A stretch of 64,000 bases of DNA from Octopus vulgaris (lineage: Eukaryota), in assembly GCA_951406725.2 (NCBI GenBank), contig OX597818.1, positions 110,484,001 to 110,548,000 on the forward strand. The letters are read 5' to 3'. Below the pieces are notes generated by a model. The model did not search any database and was not told the origin of the DNA. It was given only the letters and a program-made list of their open reading frames with translations. The position numbers and the translations under genes were made by a program. Positions 14,181-26,079 of this stretch are shown piece after piece. Numbering within the stretch: position 1 is the stretch's first letter; each line of letters opens with the position of its first letter.

Positions 14181-14431
14181 ATCCGTAGACACTACATCTC
14201 TCCTAGTCATTATAGACAGTTGTCAACGAGATCACGTTCGATTAAATACAATAAAATTATTAATTGTGTCGATCGATGATGTGGGTTGTGTATTGCTTGG
14301 TCAACTCGTTGGAGTCTGGCTTTCTCTCAGCAACCTGCTATTAATTCAGTGGCGAAACTGAACGAGACTCGCTATTGTTTCATAATGAACACATCATTTG
14401 ATTATACAAGTGACGTGTGTGTGTGTGTGTA

Positions 14432-14509
<78 letters not shown>

Positions 14510-14625
14510 GAGATGCATGTCTATGAATTAATTTTCAAGACTGCTTAAATGTCTTTGAGTGGTTCTTCGCTTAATTCTCTTCTAAAATGCTACATAAAAT
14601 ATAGATAGATATAGATAGATAAACT

Positions 14626-14672
<47 letters not shown>

Positions 14673-15903
14673 CTAGCTTAAGGTGACCCACTCTACGCGC
14701 GGGTAAGGGTGTGGTTGTTACTTTCTGTTGTTTCCTTTCTGTTTTTTATCGCCACATTCTCCTTCTTTGTTTCTCTCTCCTTTCTCTCACTTTCCCACTC
14801 TCTTACTCTTCCTTTCTCTAGGTCTCTTTCGCTTTCTCTTACTCTCTATCTTTCTCTATTTATCTCCCCCGCCCCCATCTATAAAAAACAAAAGATCTTG
14901 AGTAAATTGAGAAAGAAAAATACTTTGAAAGATCAATCATAGATATCAGGCAGTAACAACGGAAAGCACACTTGCCTTTTGTACGTGCCACTATTTCAGC
15001 GATTAAAAATAAGGAAAAAAAGGATTTCTTTTTTTTAAATTTAGTACTTATTTTGGGAATTATTCGACGATTGACCATGCAAATGAAAGCTCTAAACACG
15101 GGTTACATGCAGCTGTAAACAACTTTCAGAAAAAATGAAAACTGTAAACAATAAAAAATAAAAGGTAGTTTTTTTGGTAGTTTTGACTTTAAGAGTCCCT
15201 CCTAGCATCTGGCATTTATATATAGTAATGTCCTCAATATAAATAAATATATTTAAGAGAAAAATTGATTGGATTTTTCCCTTATGAGGTTTTTCACGCT
15301 AACTACTTGATAAAATAAGTACTAAATACGTAAAAATGAGAAATTTTTTCGACTTCAAAAATCTTGCTGTAATTTTCATGATTTTGAACCCATTTTCCGC
15401 GCTTCCACTTTACCACGTTGAAAATTTGATTGAAGGGGTCAAATCTAGACACCCAAGTGTCCCTAAAAATCAATAAAATCCCCGTTTTCACAGCAAAGCA
15501 ACCACTGTAGCACCCCAAAACCTCTCCCAATCAATTTCTCACCACAAGTTAACCCCTCCTGTAAATTTTAATTCCCTTCGAGCGCCATTTAGAACCCTTT
15601 TTGACATAAAAATCCAATTTGTATCAACGTTCGCCTTCTTCATTTTATAGATTAAATTAGATGCCAATCGCGCCAATCTGGAGGGGCTTAGAGCCCCCTT
15701 GAATCGATAAATAATCACTCTTCTCACCATAGCAACCGCATCTTTCCAGATGGTGAGTTTTAACCTACTCAACTCTTGGCCTCATCACGACTTCTAAGCC
15801 TGTGTCAACTTTCAGCTCGATCCGACCACTGGTCTGGCCGCTAACCTCTGACGTAGCAAAATGTGCACACAATTTTGACCCAAAGCCTCTTTTATATATA
15901 AGA
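14673..15903 (-). mobile_element. Non-autonomous Helitron
   Basis: Minus strand begins TCTTATATATAAAAAG and ends with hairpin ACCCGC-GCGTAGA-GTGGGT, 9 nt, then CTAG followed by T (canonical Helitron 3' end); no coding capacity. Confidence 0.7.
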
Positions 15904-16312
15904 GTGTATAAGTATTTATACGCAGAGAGGTGACCCTTGACAGAACGCCTTTCATGCTAGAAAGGAAAGCCAAACCTAATCCACGAATAAAAGTAATTCC
16001 AAAGAGAATGAAAGCAAAAATTATTTATAGTTAACCCCAAACTCAAGTTTCTATATTAATGAACAAATTGATTAATTTGCCATCTGTACTTCGTCAGTGG
16101 GATCGCTAAGACAATGCATAATTAAGCAACTAATTAATTTATTTGTTCATTAATACAGAAACTCGAGTTTGGTGTTAACTATAAATAATTTTTGTTTACA
16201 TTCTCTTTGGAATGACTTATTTTCGTGGTTTGGGTTTGGTTGCCCTTTCTAGCATGTAAGCGTTCTGTCATGAGTCACCTCTCTGTGTATGAATATTTAT
16301 AGACTCTTATAT
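15896..16312. repeat. Long imperfect inverted repeat, arms ~185 bp, 45 nt spacer
   Basis: For example GAGAGGTGAC/GTCACCTCTC, CATGCTAGAAAGG/CCTTTCTAGCATG, AAAAATTATTTATAGTTAAC/GTTAACTATAAATAATTTTT. Confidence 0.9.
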
Positions 16313-16401
16313 GTGAAAATATGTTGCCTATTGACATTTATTACGCATGCTCACCACCGGTATGAAATTCATTCTAATTTCAACCCTTGTAATTTTCACC
16401 G

Positions 16402-16436
<35 letters not shown>

Positions 16437-16464
16437 CAAAATAAGCAACAAGAATGACTCCGGT

Positions 16465-16555
16465 AATCTGGTACGATCGTTTCGTACTACATCATTTTAT
16501 TAAATGCTGTAAGTATTACAACAGATTTAAAATGCCGAGTACTCATCAGCCAATT
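16465..16555 (-). ncRNA. Type-I hammerhead ribozyme motif with extended stem II
   Basis: Minus strand: AATTGG-CTGATGA-GTACT-(~49 nt)-AGTAC-GAAA-CGATCG-TA-CCAGATT; intact core, palindromic stem III ACGATCGT, GUA site. Confidence 0.7.
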
Positions 16556-16902
16556 ATAGAGGTTTTCTATTTATACAAACATTTTCATATCAAGTGGCAA
16601 CATTGAAACGTGGAGTAGATGAAACAAAGGCGACTGAAGAAGGGGAAATTTCCTTGTTTTGTATGTCCTGTACTCTATTTTTTCGTTAAGAAAAATGTCC
16701 ATTTCCTTGGTTTTGTGTTTAAGTTTTCGTTTCTCATTGTCTTCGAGGTTTTTTTTTTTTTGGTTTTCCTGTACCCATATATGCATGTATATATACATGT
16801 AGAGGTAGGTACGTACATATATGTATATATGCATATGTTTTATTTATTAATTAATTTATTATATGACGGAACGCACGCATCCATTTCTAAGTAAGATTGT
16901 TC

Positions 16903-16956
<54 letters not shown>

Positions 16957-17056
16957 ATTTAAAAATAGGATAAAATCTTTATAAGAATTTATCAAGTAGT
17001 TAGCGTGAAAAACCTCATAAGGGAAACATCCATCAGTTTTTCTCTTAAATATATTT

Positions 17057-17215
17057 ATTTATATTGAGGGCATTACTATATATAAATGCCACATGCTAGG
17101 AGGGACTCTTAAAGTCAAAACTGCCAAAATAAATAAACATTATTTTGGTAGTTTTGACTTTAAGAGTACCTCCTAGTGTGTGGCATATAAGTATAGTAAT
17201 GCCCTATATATAAAT
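17057..17215. repeat. Hairpin, arms ~72 bp, short loop
   Basis: CTCTTAAAGTCAAAACTGCCAAAAT / ATTTTGGTAGTTTTGACTTTAAGAG and GGGCATTACTATA / TATAGTAATGCCC. Confidence 0.85.
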
Positions 17216-17908
17216 TAAGATTCAGTTGAATTAGGCACTTAAATTAAGGCCCCTTGCTGTGTCGGTATAATCCGCACACCCAAACAATATTAATTTAATA
17301 TTGAATATCAAGACTCCGTGCAGGGGTGTTTGTGCCTGATATGTCTAAGAATTCTTTTCAATATACCAATATAATTTATATTATAATTCATAAAATAATT
17401 CTTATTTTATTTTGATTTATCCTTATTTATATCACTGTTATACCTTTTATATCATTCTGTGAAAAATAGTTTATAAAATTTTAATATTTTATCTTATTAA
17501 ATTTTCATGTAATTATATGTCTTTTCATAAAACATTATTATTATTCTAACGGTGAAGAAATACAATGTCAGAGATACATACATTTAAATGTAAAGTTACA
17601 TATACATATGTACAAGTACACACAATCATATAAACGGGTATATACACACATATATACGTATATTCTTATAGTATACATGTATATACGCTTATCCATCTAT
17701 ACATATATGTCACTATTTTCTGAGACAATATTTATATTCAAATACTTTTTTTTGTATTTTACTAGACATATATATATACACATATATCCACACATACCCA
17801 TACGTGCGTGCATATACACACTCATACACACACACTTGACTACACATGCATGTCAACATCTATGTATGGATTTCTACATGTAAATGTATATGTGAATGTA
17901 TGTATGTA

Positions 17909-17944
<36 letters not shown>

Positions 17945-17947
<3 letters not shown>

Positions 17948-18147
17948 AGGAGGGGGTACTGAAAAAAAAGACAATACTGGAGGATCGGTTAATAATGATT
18001 TTATTCAACATATTCCCCTCTCAGACTTACACACTCATTGCAGTGGTCCTTCAGATTTTCTAAGCCCTATGAAAGAAGTCGGAAATTTGGGCCTCCAAAC
18101 AGGCCTTTCGCAATACCTTTAAAGCCAGGAACTTTTCACCACCCCTT

Positions 18148-18153
<6 letters not shown>
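17945..18153. mobile_element. Degenerate mariner-type MITE within (GT)n
   Basis: Ends GAGGGGGTACTGAAAA / TTTTCACCACCCCTTCG are imperfectly inverted and TA-flanked. Confidence 0.55.
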
Positions 18154-18230
<77 letters not shown>

Positions 18231-18724
18231 TACAGAAGAATTTGTTGGACCTAATAGCATGTATATTAAAATGCATTAAAGAGACGCTTCCGTCTCACAC
18301 GTCCATTGCTGCTCGTCAAAAGAAAACCAATTTTATCAAACAGGATAAAGAAGGCGTTAAAAAGTGTGCTAGACGCCATGACACTTGTAGGCAGCTTTCC
18401 AAAAATATGTCCCAATTTCTTTCTCTAATTATTATATTAGGTCAGCATAAACTAATTGGACTAATCAACCAATACTGATTCAATGAGTGAAGTATCATAC
18501 ACTCAATCATTTCTTATAATTTAACTAATTAGTTTCCTTGGGTAATTAGTTTCTGAACAATTAGTTTTGTCTGGATACTCTTGGCTTTAAAAGAGACGCA
18601 ACTGTACGATTAAGTGCACTTTTCAAAAACAATATTAATCTAATCCAGCAATGAAACCATACAAACAAATCGTGTTTTTTGTGGTTTATCCTTTGTCTAG
18701 AGTTGGGCCACAGAGTTTTCCTCA

Positions 18725-19320
18725 GCTTCTCAGCCACATGGTTCCTGGTTCAGTCCGACTACATGGCACCTTGGGCAAGTGTTTGCATATATGCATGCAT
18801 GCATGTATGTATGTATGTATGTATGTATGTATGTATGTATGTATGCATGCATGTATGTATGTATGTATGTATGTGTGTATGTATGTATGCATGTATGTAT
18901 GTATGTATGTGTGTGTATGTATGTATTTATGTATGTATGTATGTATGTATGTATGTATGTATGTATGTATGTATGTGTGTGGCTGTGTGATAAGAAGCTT
19001 ACTTCCCAACTACATGGTTCCGAGTTCAGTCCAACTGCGTGGAACCTTCGGCAAGTGTTTTCTACTATAGCCTTGAGCCGACCAAAGCCTTGTAAGGGGG
19101 GTTTGGTAGACGGAAACTGAAAGAAGCCCGTCGTATTAAAGCCTTGAGTATGTCTTAGTATCTGTATTTGTCCCCCACCGCTGCTTGACAACCGGTGTTG
19201 GCGTGTTTACGTTACGTCGCCGTAACTCAGCTGTTTAGCAAAAGAGAATGATAGAATTGGCATCAGGCCTTTAAGCCCCAGTATGGTCGCACTCTAATCA
19301 CTGAAACAAGTAAAAGAAAA
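18725..19320 (+). mobile_element. SINE family A head fragment, (TATG)n, then a full SINE A
   Basis: Two successive CACATGGTTCC..GTTCAGTCC heads. Confidence 0.85.
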
Positions 19321-19486
19321 AAAACGATAAAAAACACGCAGCTTAGCAGGAAATACATATTCATCAACGCCAAATCGAATCACACAGTTTTCTATTTTAA
19401 ACGCATGATTGCAATTAACGCGTAATTAATCATACAGAATCAAGAAAAAGATGAGGTCTTCGCTGCACATAATACACCCAGATTTC

Positions 19487-19576
<90 letters not shown>

Positions 19577-19600
19577 TAATAATAATAATAATAATAATGG

Positions 19601-19647
<47 letters not shown>

Positions 19648-19672
19648 GTGAGGATGATGATGATGATGACGA
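19487..19672. repeat. (AAT)n followed by (GAT)n
   Basis: Direct reading. Confidence 0.95.
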
Positions 19673-19676
19673 CAGC

Positions 19677-19861
19677 AACATCGGCAAAATACTTGAGGAA
19701 TGAGAACCCAGGTTCAAAATTTCCCCAAGACACCTGATGAAGGCTGGAGGGTAAATGAACCGAAACGTTGTGTTAACAATAAACAAGATGAAGACAGATA
19801 TCTGTCAAATGTAAATAATGTAAATAATGTACATAATTCCTAATCTCTTAAATATAGAACT
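19677..19861 (+). mobile_element. ~185 bp hammerhead-bearing retroelement (family H), hammerhead at 19729-19774
   Basis: GACAC-CTGATGA-A-GGCTG..GAACC-GAAA-CGTT-GTGTT; homologous copies at 20936-21035, 38774-38910 (minus) and 38915-39051 (plus). Confidence 0.7.
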
Positions 19862-20854
19862 TCAAATCCTCTTTTGACTTTGAAGATTTAAATGTCTTCG
19901 CAGCTTTTAAATCTGAAATGTTTGCTTGTCTAAAGTTTTTGATAGCTGCTTATCATATTTCTTTAATTTCATTTAATAATCCAATCATTCATAATTCCAA
20001 GCTCTATGGAATGCATTTATCTTAGAGAGATCTTTAAAAGCCACGTAAAAGCAAGAACAGACTTCCATAATTTACTCGCCCTATTATGATAAAATGTGAT
20101 CCATTAAATCTAGAGACATATCATGATAGTGTGGAATAAGGTTGTCATTCGAGGAAATAAATCTGTACAAAATCAGTGTGCGTCTGAAGTTGCGTTTCAT
20201 TCTGCCAATCAAAATAATGTGAGAGTACTGTGAATGTAGCATAAAGTATTCTGGAAATATGATGATCGGTGGTCAGTAAACAACAACTGCAGGACATTTC
20301 TGTGGTTGACACTCAGCTGCCCAATTCCTAACATTCCCGCTTGAGTCAGATTGGCTGGTTTTATTTATAAATATTTAATACGTAAAATTGTTTAGATATG
20401 ACATTTCGTGTACTTAGTATTGTTTCTATCGTTCGACATTCGTCTGAATTATAAATGGACACGGAACAAATAAATTACATAGACTGGCGTCATTCTATGC
20501 TTTCTTTGCAAACATTTCTCAAGAATAAGCTACGTTCTACGGTGCCAGTAAGCAATGGCCAAGTCATTACTTGAAGATTCATAAATGAAAAACGCTGTAA
20601 GCACTCTCCCTTCTTTCCTCGTCTCAAGAATAATGTTAAATACCTCACAATATTTCCCTAATCCCTACGTCTAACTGCTCTGCGATTAATTCTGATATCA
20701 AAGCACTGTCAGTAATGAAATCCACCGTTATTTCTTCTGTGGTTTTCTTCAGATGGATCACCGAGATATTCCACAGACCAAAATTAGAACGCTCTCTCTC
20801 TCTCGGAAGTTATGTTCAAAACTTCATTTTGTTTTCACCCTCAACATACACGCC

Positions 20855-20917
20855 CGAACTCGGGATCTTGGGATTAGTAGCCCGCGCTCTCAACCACTAA
20901 GCCATATGCCCGTGGCG
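20855..20917 (-). mobile_element. tRNA-like SINE head, inverted relative to the adjacent family H body
   Basis: Minus strand: GGGCATATGGCTTAGTGGTTGAGAGCGCGGGCTACTAATCCCAAGATCCCGAGTTCG; A box TGGCTTAGTGG, truncated in the B box. Confidence 0.65.
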
Positions 20918-20924
20918 TAGTGAT

Positions 20925-21035
20925 TAATAATAATACCATCGGGAAAATACCTTAGGAATGAGAACCAAGGTTTGAAATTCCCCCTGATTAAGGCTGGAGA
21001 GTATATCAGCCGAAACGTTGTAGTAACAACAAACA
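20925..21035 (+). mobile_element. Family H element with mutated hammerhead core (CTGATTA)
   Basis: Short (AAT)n, CATCGGGAAAATACCTTAGGAATGAGAACC, GGCTG..CAGCC-GAAACGTT. Confidence 0.7.
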
Positions 21036-21682
21036 ACACTACCAGCTCAACATACACTCCTTGTTTGTGTGTGTATGTGTGTGTGTGGGGGGGCATGGAG
21101 TTATCTCTGACAACTTTGTTGTAAGCACTAGAAACCAGTAGAGAACGCATTACATTCTTTTTACCAGCGATGACAGCCGCAATATATTTTCTGATGTTTT
21201 TTTTTGTTTTTGTTTTTTTTTGATAGCTAAGCAAGTTTTTCTTGTCTTTTATTTCATTTACCGACTGTCTTATACATCACCGTTGCAGGCTAATTATCAA
21301 CAGAGCTAAATTATTCAGCTCTATTCGTAGATTGGCAAGAATTACAACGTTTGTTTCCACATTCCTGAAACTGTGTTGGTGTGCAACGAAGTATTCGTTA
21401 TGCCTGAAAGAGTATTCAGTTGGACGGAGCTGGTTGGACAATGCTACAAATATCATCGGTCCATAAGATATCATTATAGAGGATTCCAGAATGTGCATTG
21501 ACTGGTATAATTGTTGTCCAGAGCTAATAATAATCATTACTAAAGGTGGGATGTCATTCAAGATCGAAGTAACTGATAGTTTTCCTTACAGAAATGTCAG
21601 AAATCGTCACGTAATTACTGCTTCCATGTTAAGTATAATTTACTTGTAATTAGTAATTATTCTTAATACGTTTAATATAGTA

Positions 21683-21870
21683 AGGCGGCAAGCTGATAGA
21701 ATTGTTAGCACGCCGGACAAAATGCTTAGCTGCATTTCGTCCGTGTTCACGTTCTGACTTCGAATTCCACCGAAGTCGACTTTACCTTTTATTCTTTCAG
21801 TGGTCAGTAAAACATATACCTGTTATACACTTGGGTCGATATAATCACTTTATCCCAACCCCCGGACTTG
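21683..21870 (+). mobile_element. SINE family B
   Basis: Head and core motifs. Confidence 0.8.
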
Positions 21871-22124
21871 TCAATATTTCTTATATAGCAGTGTGTGTCT
21901 CTTCTTTTTTATCCATGTTTTATTCAAAAGAATTATTAGGGTCTTGTTTAAATAGGTCAATTAATAGGGTTTCTATTCGGGATAGAAGTTCATAATTGAA
22001 AAATGTACGAAGAGCTACACGTAGAGTAACTGTAAAGATCTTTTATTCAAACAAGTTAGAAACCATCGAGTCATTTCCTCAATAACGGCTGACGCGCATG
22101 CGCTTACTTCTTCCACACTCTCAC

Positions 22125-22412
22125 ACTTTCCCTCTCTCTTCTTCTCTTTCTCTCCCGCTCTTTCCCTCTCGTCCCCCTCTCTCTTCCTCTCTTTATCTTC
22201 CGCTCTTTCCCTCTCGTCCCCCTCTCTCTTCCTCTCTCGTCCACATCTCTCTTCCTCTCTTTCTCTCTAGTCCCCCTCTCTATTCCTCTCTTTCTCTTCC
22301 GCTCTTTCTCTCTCGTCCCCCTCTCTCTTCCTCTCTTTCTCTCTAGTCCCCCTCTATCTTCTTCTCTTTCTCTCCCGTTCTTTCTCTCTCTTCCCCCCTC
22401 TATCTCTCTCTC
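22125..22412. repeat. Polypyrimidine minisatellite, unit ~44 bp (CTCTCTCTTCCTCTCTTTCTCTCCCGCTCTTTCCCTCTCGTCCCC-like)
   Basis: Repeated CTCTCGTCCCCCTCTCTCTTCCTCTCT. Confidence 0.8.
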
Positions 22413-22427
22413 GGCTTATGCTTAAAT

Positions 22428-22752
22428 TGGCTCTCCGTCGGTTTCGACGACGAGTGTTCAAGTCGATCCGATCAACGGAACAGACTGCTCGTGAAATTAA
22501 CGTGCATCTGGCTGAGCACTCCACAGACACGCGTATCCTTAGTGTAGTCTTCAGGAAGATTCAGCGTGACACAGAAGGTGACAAGACTGGCCCCCTTTAA
22601 ATTACAGGTACGATTTGTTTTTGTCAGCCGTGTGAACTGGTGCAGCGCGAAATGAAGTGTCTTACTTAAGGATTGAATGCGCCTGCAGGAATCGAATTCA
22701 CGACCTTACGATCGTGTACCGCTTACCCTAACCCCTAAACCACGCGCGTTCA
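22428..22752 (-). mobile_element. CORE-like SINE family D
   Basis: GATCCGATCAACGGAACAG..GCTCGTGAAATTAACGTGCA shared with 38592, 51940 and 57483; tRNA-like head at the right end. Confidence 0.85.
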
Positions 22753-24384
22753 TCAGCTTCTGCTACGATCAGCTGAGTACCACTAACAACTCAGTCCATC
22801 CCGGTACACTTGTCACTACCCTTTTCTTTATCACCGTATTCTATGCCTTCCGAAAAATGTCCACTAAGATCTCATTTTGCCAGCAAAGGAACGAGTTCAA
22901 ATCTTTTGGGCGCTGTTCCTCTACCTAAATATGTCAGTTTAAGATATTCTGTTTATGTACGAGGCATGTTTGTTGTTCCCTTATAACAGTTAAATAAAGT
23001 TATCAATACCAGAGTGTGCACGATTTAGTTGGATGTATGTAAGAGCTACAGTTCTGCAGAAGTATGTTTATAGTTCTTTCTGTTTGAGAGGTACGACACG
23101 GCTTTGATTAAACATTTTGCAGAATCACAAACGTCCATTAAGATAGACGAATTCTACTTAAATATGATAGAATTTCTATTATCAAATAATCACGAGAAAG
23201 GCTACAAAGTGAAAATCCACTGTGACATGCGAATACCTCATCGATTTTACTCTACTTGATACAGGTATTTCACAACGAATTATTGCAAAGCTTTTTGCGT
23301 AACATTGATAAAAATATTATAGACATCGGAGTCTGTGAAAAAAAAAATAATTGAATCACGACATTTATTGAATTAGGACTTTACGAGGCTTTTTATTATT
23401 TAGAATGTCGTAACGGTTGCGTGATAAAGAATGTTGGATTCAATAGTTAATGAAATATATAAATTTTATTTTAGAGCTTTGTTTTAATAAAAGTGTTTTA
23501 GCTGAGTTTTTTCAGTTCGATATAGATTATATCAGCAGGTATGAAATAATATAGCCAGAGATAGGAAAAATATACACACTACACAGAACTAAACGTAGAC
23601 TGGACTAAAGAAAATTGTTACTATAACTTGAATATTACTAAATAATATAAGGCTTGCAGGAAAGAATATGAAGCAATACAAAACCTGAAGCTTATGGTTA
23701 ACAATCAACCTTGATCATGCAATCATCTTAAGTTTTACTTTCAAGTATTCCATTTTGCTATGAGGCTTTTCTTAATCTCGATCAGAAACACTAGAACCCT
23801 TTTCTGTACAAGACAAGTAACTTAATTATTTAGTCACGATTCACTCTCTGCCTTGTATTTTAACACGAAACTTAATCTTCGAATCAAAGAGCTTGAACGT
23901 CATCGCTCGATTTACTAGGAATAGCAACAACATCTCTCTCAATTCACATCTATACAGCCTCAAAAAAGGTAAGACAACTTTAGATATTCTGATTCTAGAG
24001 ACTCTGAAACGTTGGAGACAGTCATGTCTGGAGTGGCGTTGATAACATGTATACTCGGTAAACTAAAACAAGAAGCCAAATTATCCTCAAAAGACACACA
24101 TATTTTCATAGAAAGGAAGGTCACCTTTGGTAATATTGATGTTCGTCCAACGGGTATTTATGCGAGATTCGAGCAAACTAGATGTAATATTATTGACTTT
24201 TTTGTTTACATAATGTCGTGCTGTTTAAGTGGTCGAATGCCAACTCTTCGTGTTTATTCTTATCTATAACGCAGAACTGTCTCCACTTGTCTGGATTTAG
24301 GTATATAAGATTTTGTAGAGTGAGCTAAAGGAAAATAATAAAATGGACAGCAGCTACACAAAGCCAAATGTATGTGTTTAATTT

Positions 24385-25090
24385 GTTCATTTATACCCTA
24401 AACATCTGTGAAGAGAAGAGATTCTCGTGCAAGATTAAGCGCAACTTCATCGCAAGAAATAGCGTCCTCCCTACCTTGTATCACTTCATTAATCAACTAA
24501 AAATTAGTTGGTTTCCAGTATTAACGGACCTTTCTACAGAATCTCTTGGCTTCTAACTAATTTTCTCAAGGCCATTACTTAACACATTCGTAGGACATGT
24601 TGAAAGCTCCACCGAAGTGAGTCACAAACTGCGAGATCTCGGCTCATCCATACTAAGTAAAAATAACTAGTTTGTGCTTGGATGTAGTTACACTGTCCAA
24701 CTCGGTCACAGCAACCCCGACTATCAACTCTTACTAACTGAACACATTGCATCTTCTCACAGCCTTCACTGCTTTAAGCTTGCAGCTCCAAATAGTCATC
24801 AGCTATTAACTTCTAGTTTGAAGGATCCATTTACAAACAACTCTCTCGATTGCTCGTGAGGCCTATTTGCTGTTACATACGTGGACTGGTTACAGCGCAG
24901 GGCACTCAGCACTTGTCACACCTGTAATTTTTTATGCTAGCTATATGGATGACACCCTCATGTTAGCAACATCCTGCCAGGAAGCTGATAATATATACAA
25001 TATGTTCAACAATAGCGATGAAAATATAAAATTCCAAGTGCAGCACGCTGATAACCCTGGTTCCTTCCCTTTGCTTGATGTTAAGCTCAG
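24385..25090 (+). pseudogene. Decayed Penelope-like element reverse transcriptase
   Basis: YASYMDDTLML..NMFNNSDENIKFQVQHADNPGSFPLLDVKL matches the PLE RT pattern YxDD..IKFTxE..LPFLD; upstream LPTLYHFI and PLLNT motifs in other frames. Confidence 0.7.
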
Positions 25091-26079
25091 ACTCAGACTC
25101 GAACTCGCGACGAGCGGATCCATATTTCCACTAATTTTGAGAATAAATGGCATGCAAGGGCCTGCTTCTATATTATAATTCATCCCTGCCAATTAGAGCT
25201 AAGATGGCCTAAAGAGACAAGAGGCAAAAACCCGACACCATATAATTCGTCAATGGTACTGCATATATGAGGGGATTACCGTTTATAATTCTGCGTGATA
25301 CTACTCCCTAAGTAGGGTCTATCGTAAGCGACTGTATCCATTCCGAAGACGTCAGCAATCATCTCTGATGTTGAACGGGCAAATGAAGAAAAAAACCCCA
25401 CATGCTCTAATTAGTTACATCAGAGCTTTTTCAAAGGCTTCTGGCCTGGCCTTTCCCCAGTAGTCTTTCGTTTAAGTCTTTCGTTCAAGTGTGCAACATA
25501 AGAATCTTCCTCTTCCTCTTCCTCTTCCCTCTTCGGTCCAATAAATTATTTCATTCTTTGTGAGTTTGGTTTAACGTAATCATTAGGTTTTCGTTTACTA
25601 TTTGAAGAGCTTTGAATTTCATTTCTTTGATTTATAGAGAGATTCACATCGAATGTCTGGATCAATTCTCTTAAAAACCACTCACTTTTCTTCCATTCCC
25701 AATTTTCCTTTTCGGAGACGTTCCCGACAGTTTGTAATTTATGTCCAGCCTCGATTTGCTCCTTATCGCCGCAAAACAAAAGCGCATGCTTCAGCTTCCT
25801 GGTCGCTGGAGATACGGGTGAGATGAGACATTTTTGTCATCCTGGGAGCTGCGGCTGGTGGTGTTATAATCCCTTTATAAATAATCATGCTCCTCGTCGA
25901 AATGAATTGACAATTAAACTCATGACGTCATGTGACGTAACATGACATAACACACACTATAACTACACTATAAACTGATAAAGCAACGGTTTGGAAATTG
26001 TATGAAACTTACAGAAACACATTCTGTCGCCGATAACTGTGGAGACCATAATTCGGAGGTAATTCAATTACAAATGAAC

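Noticed and set aside
12862-14361. Long ORFs (poly-H, poly-D, YI/HT repeats)
   Set aside because: Translations of tri- and dinucleotide microsatellites, open in several frames on both strands
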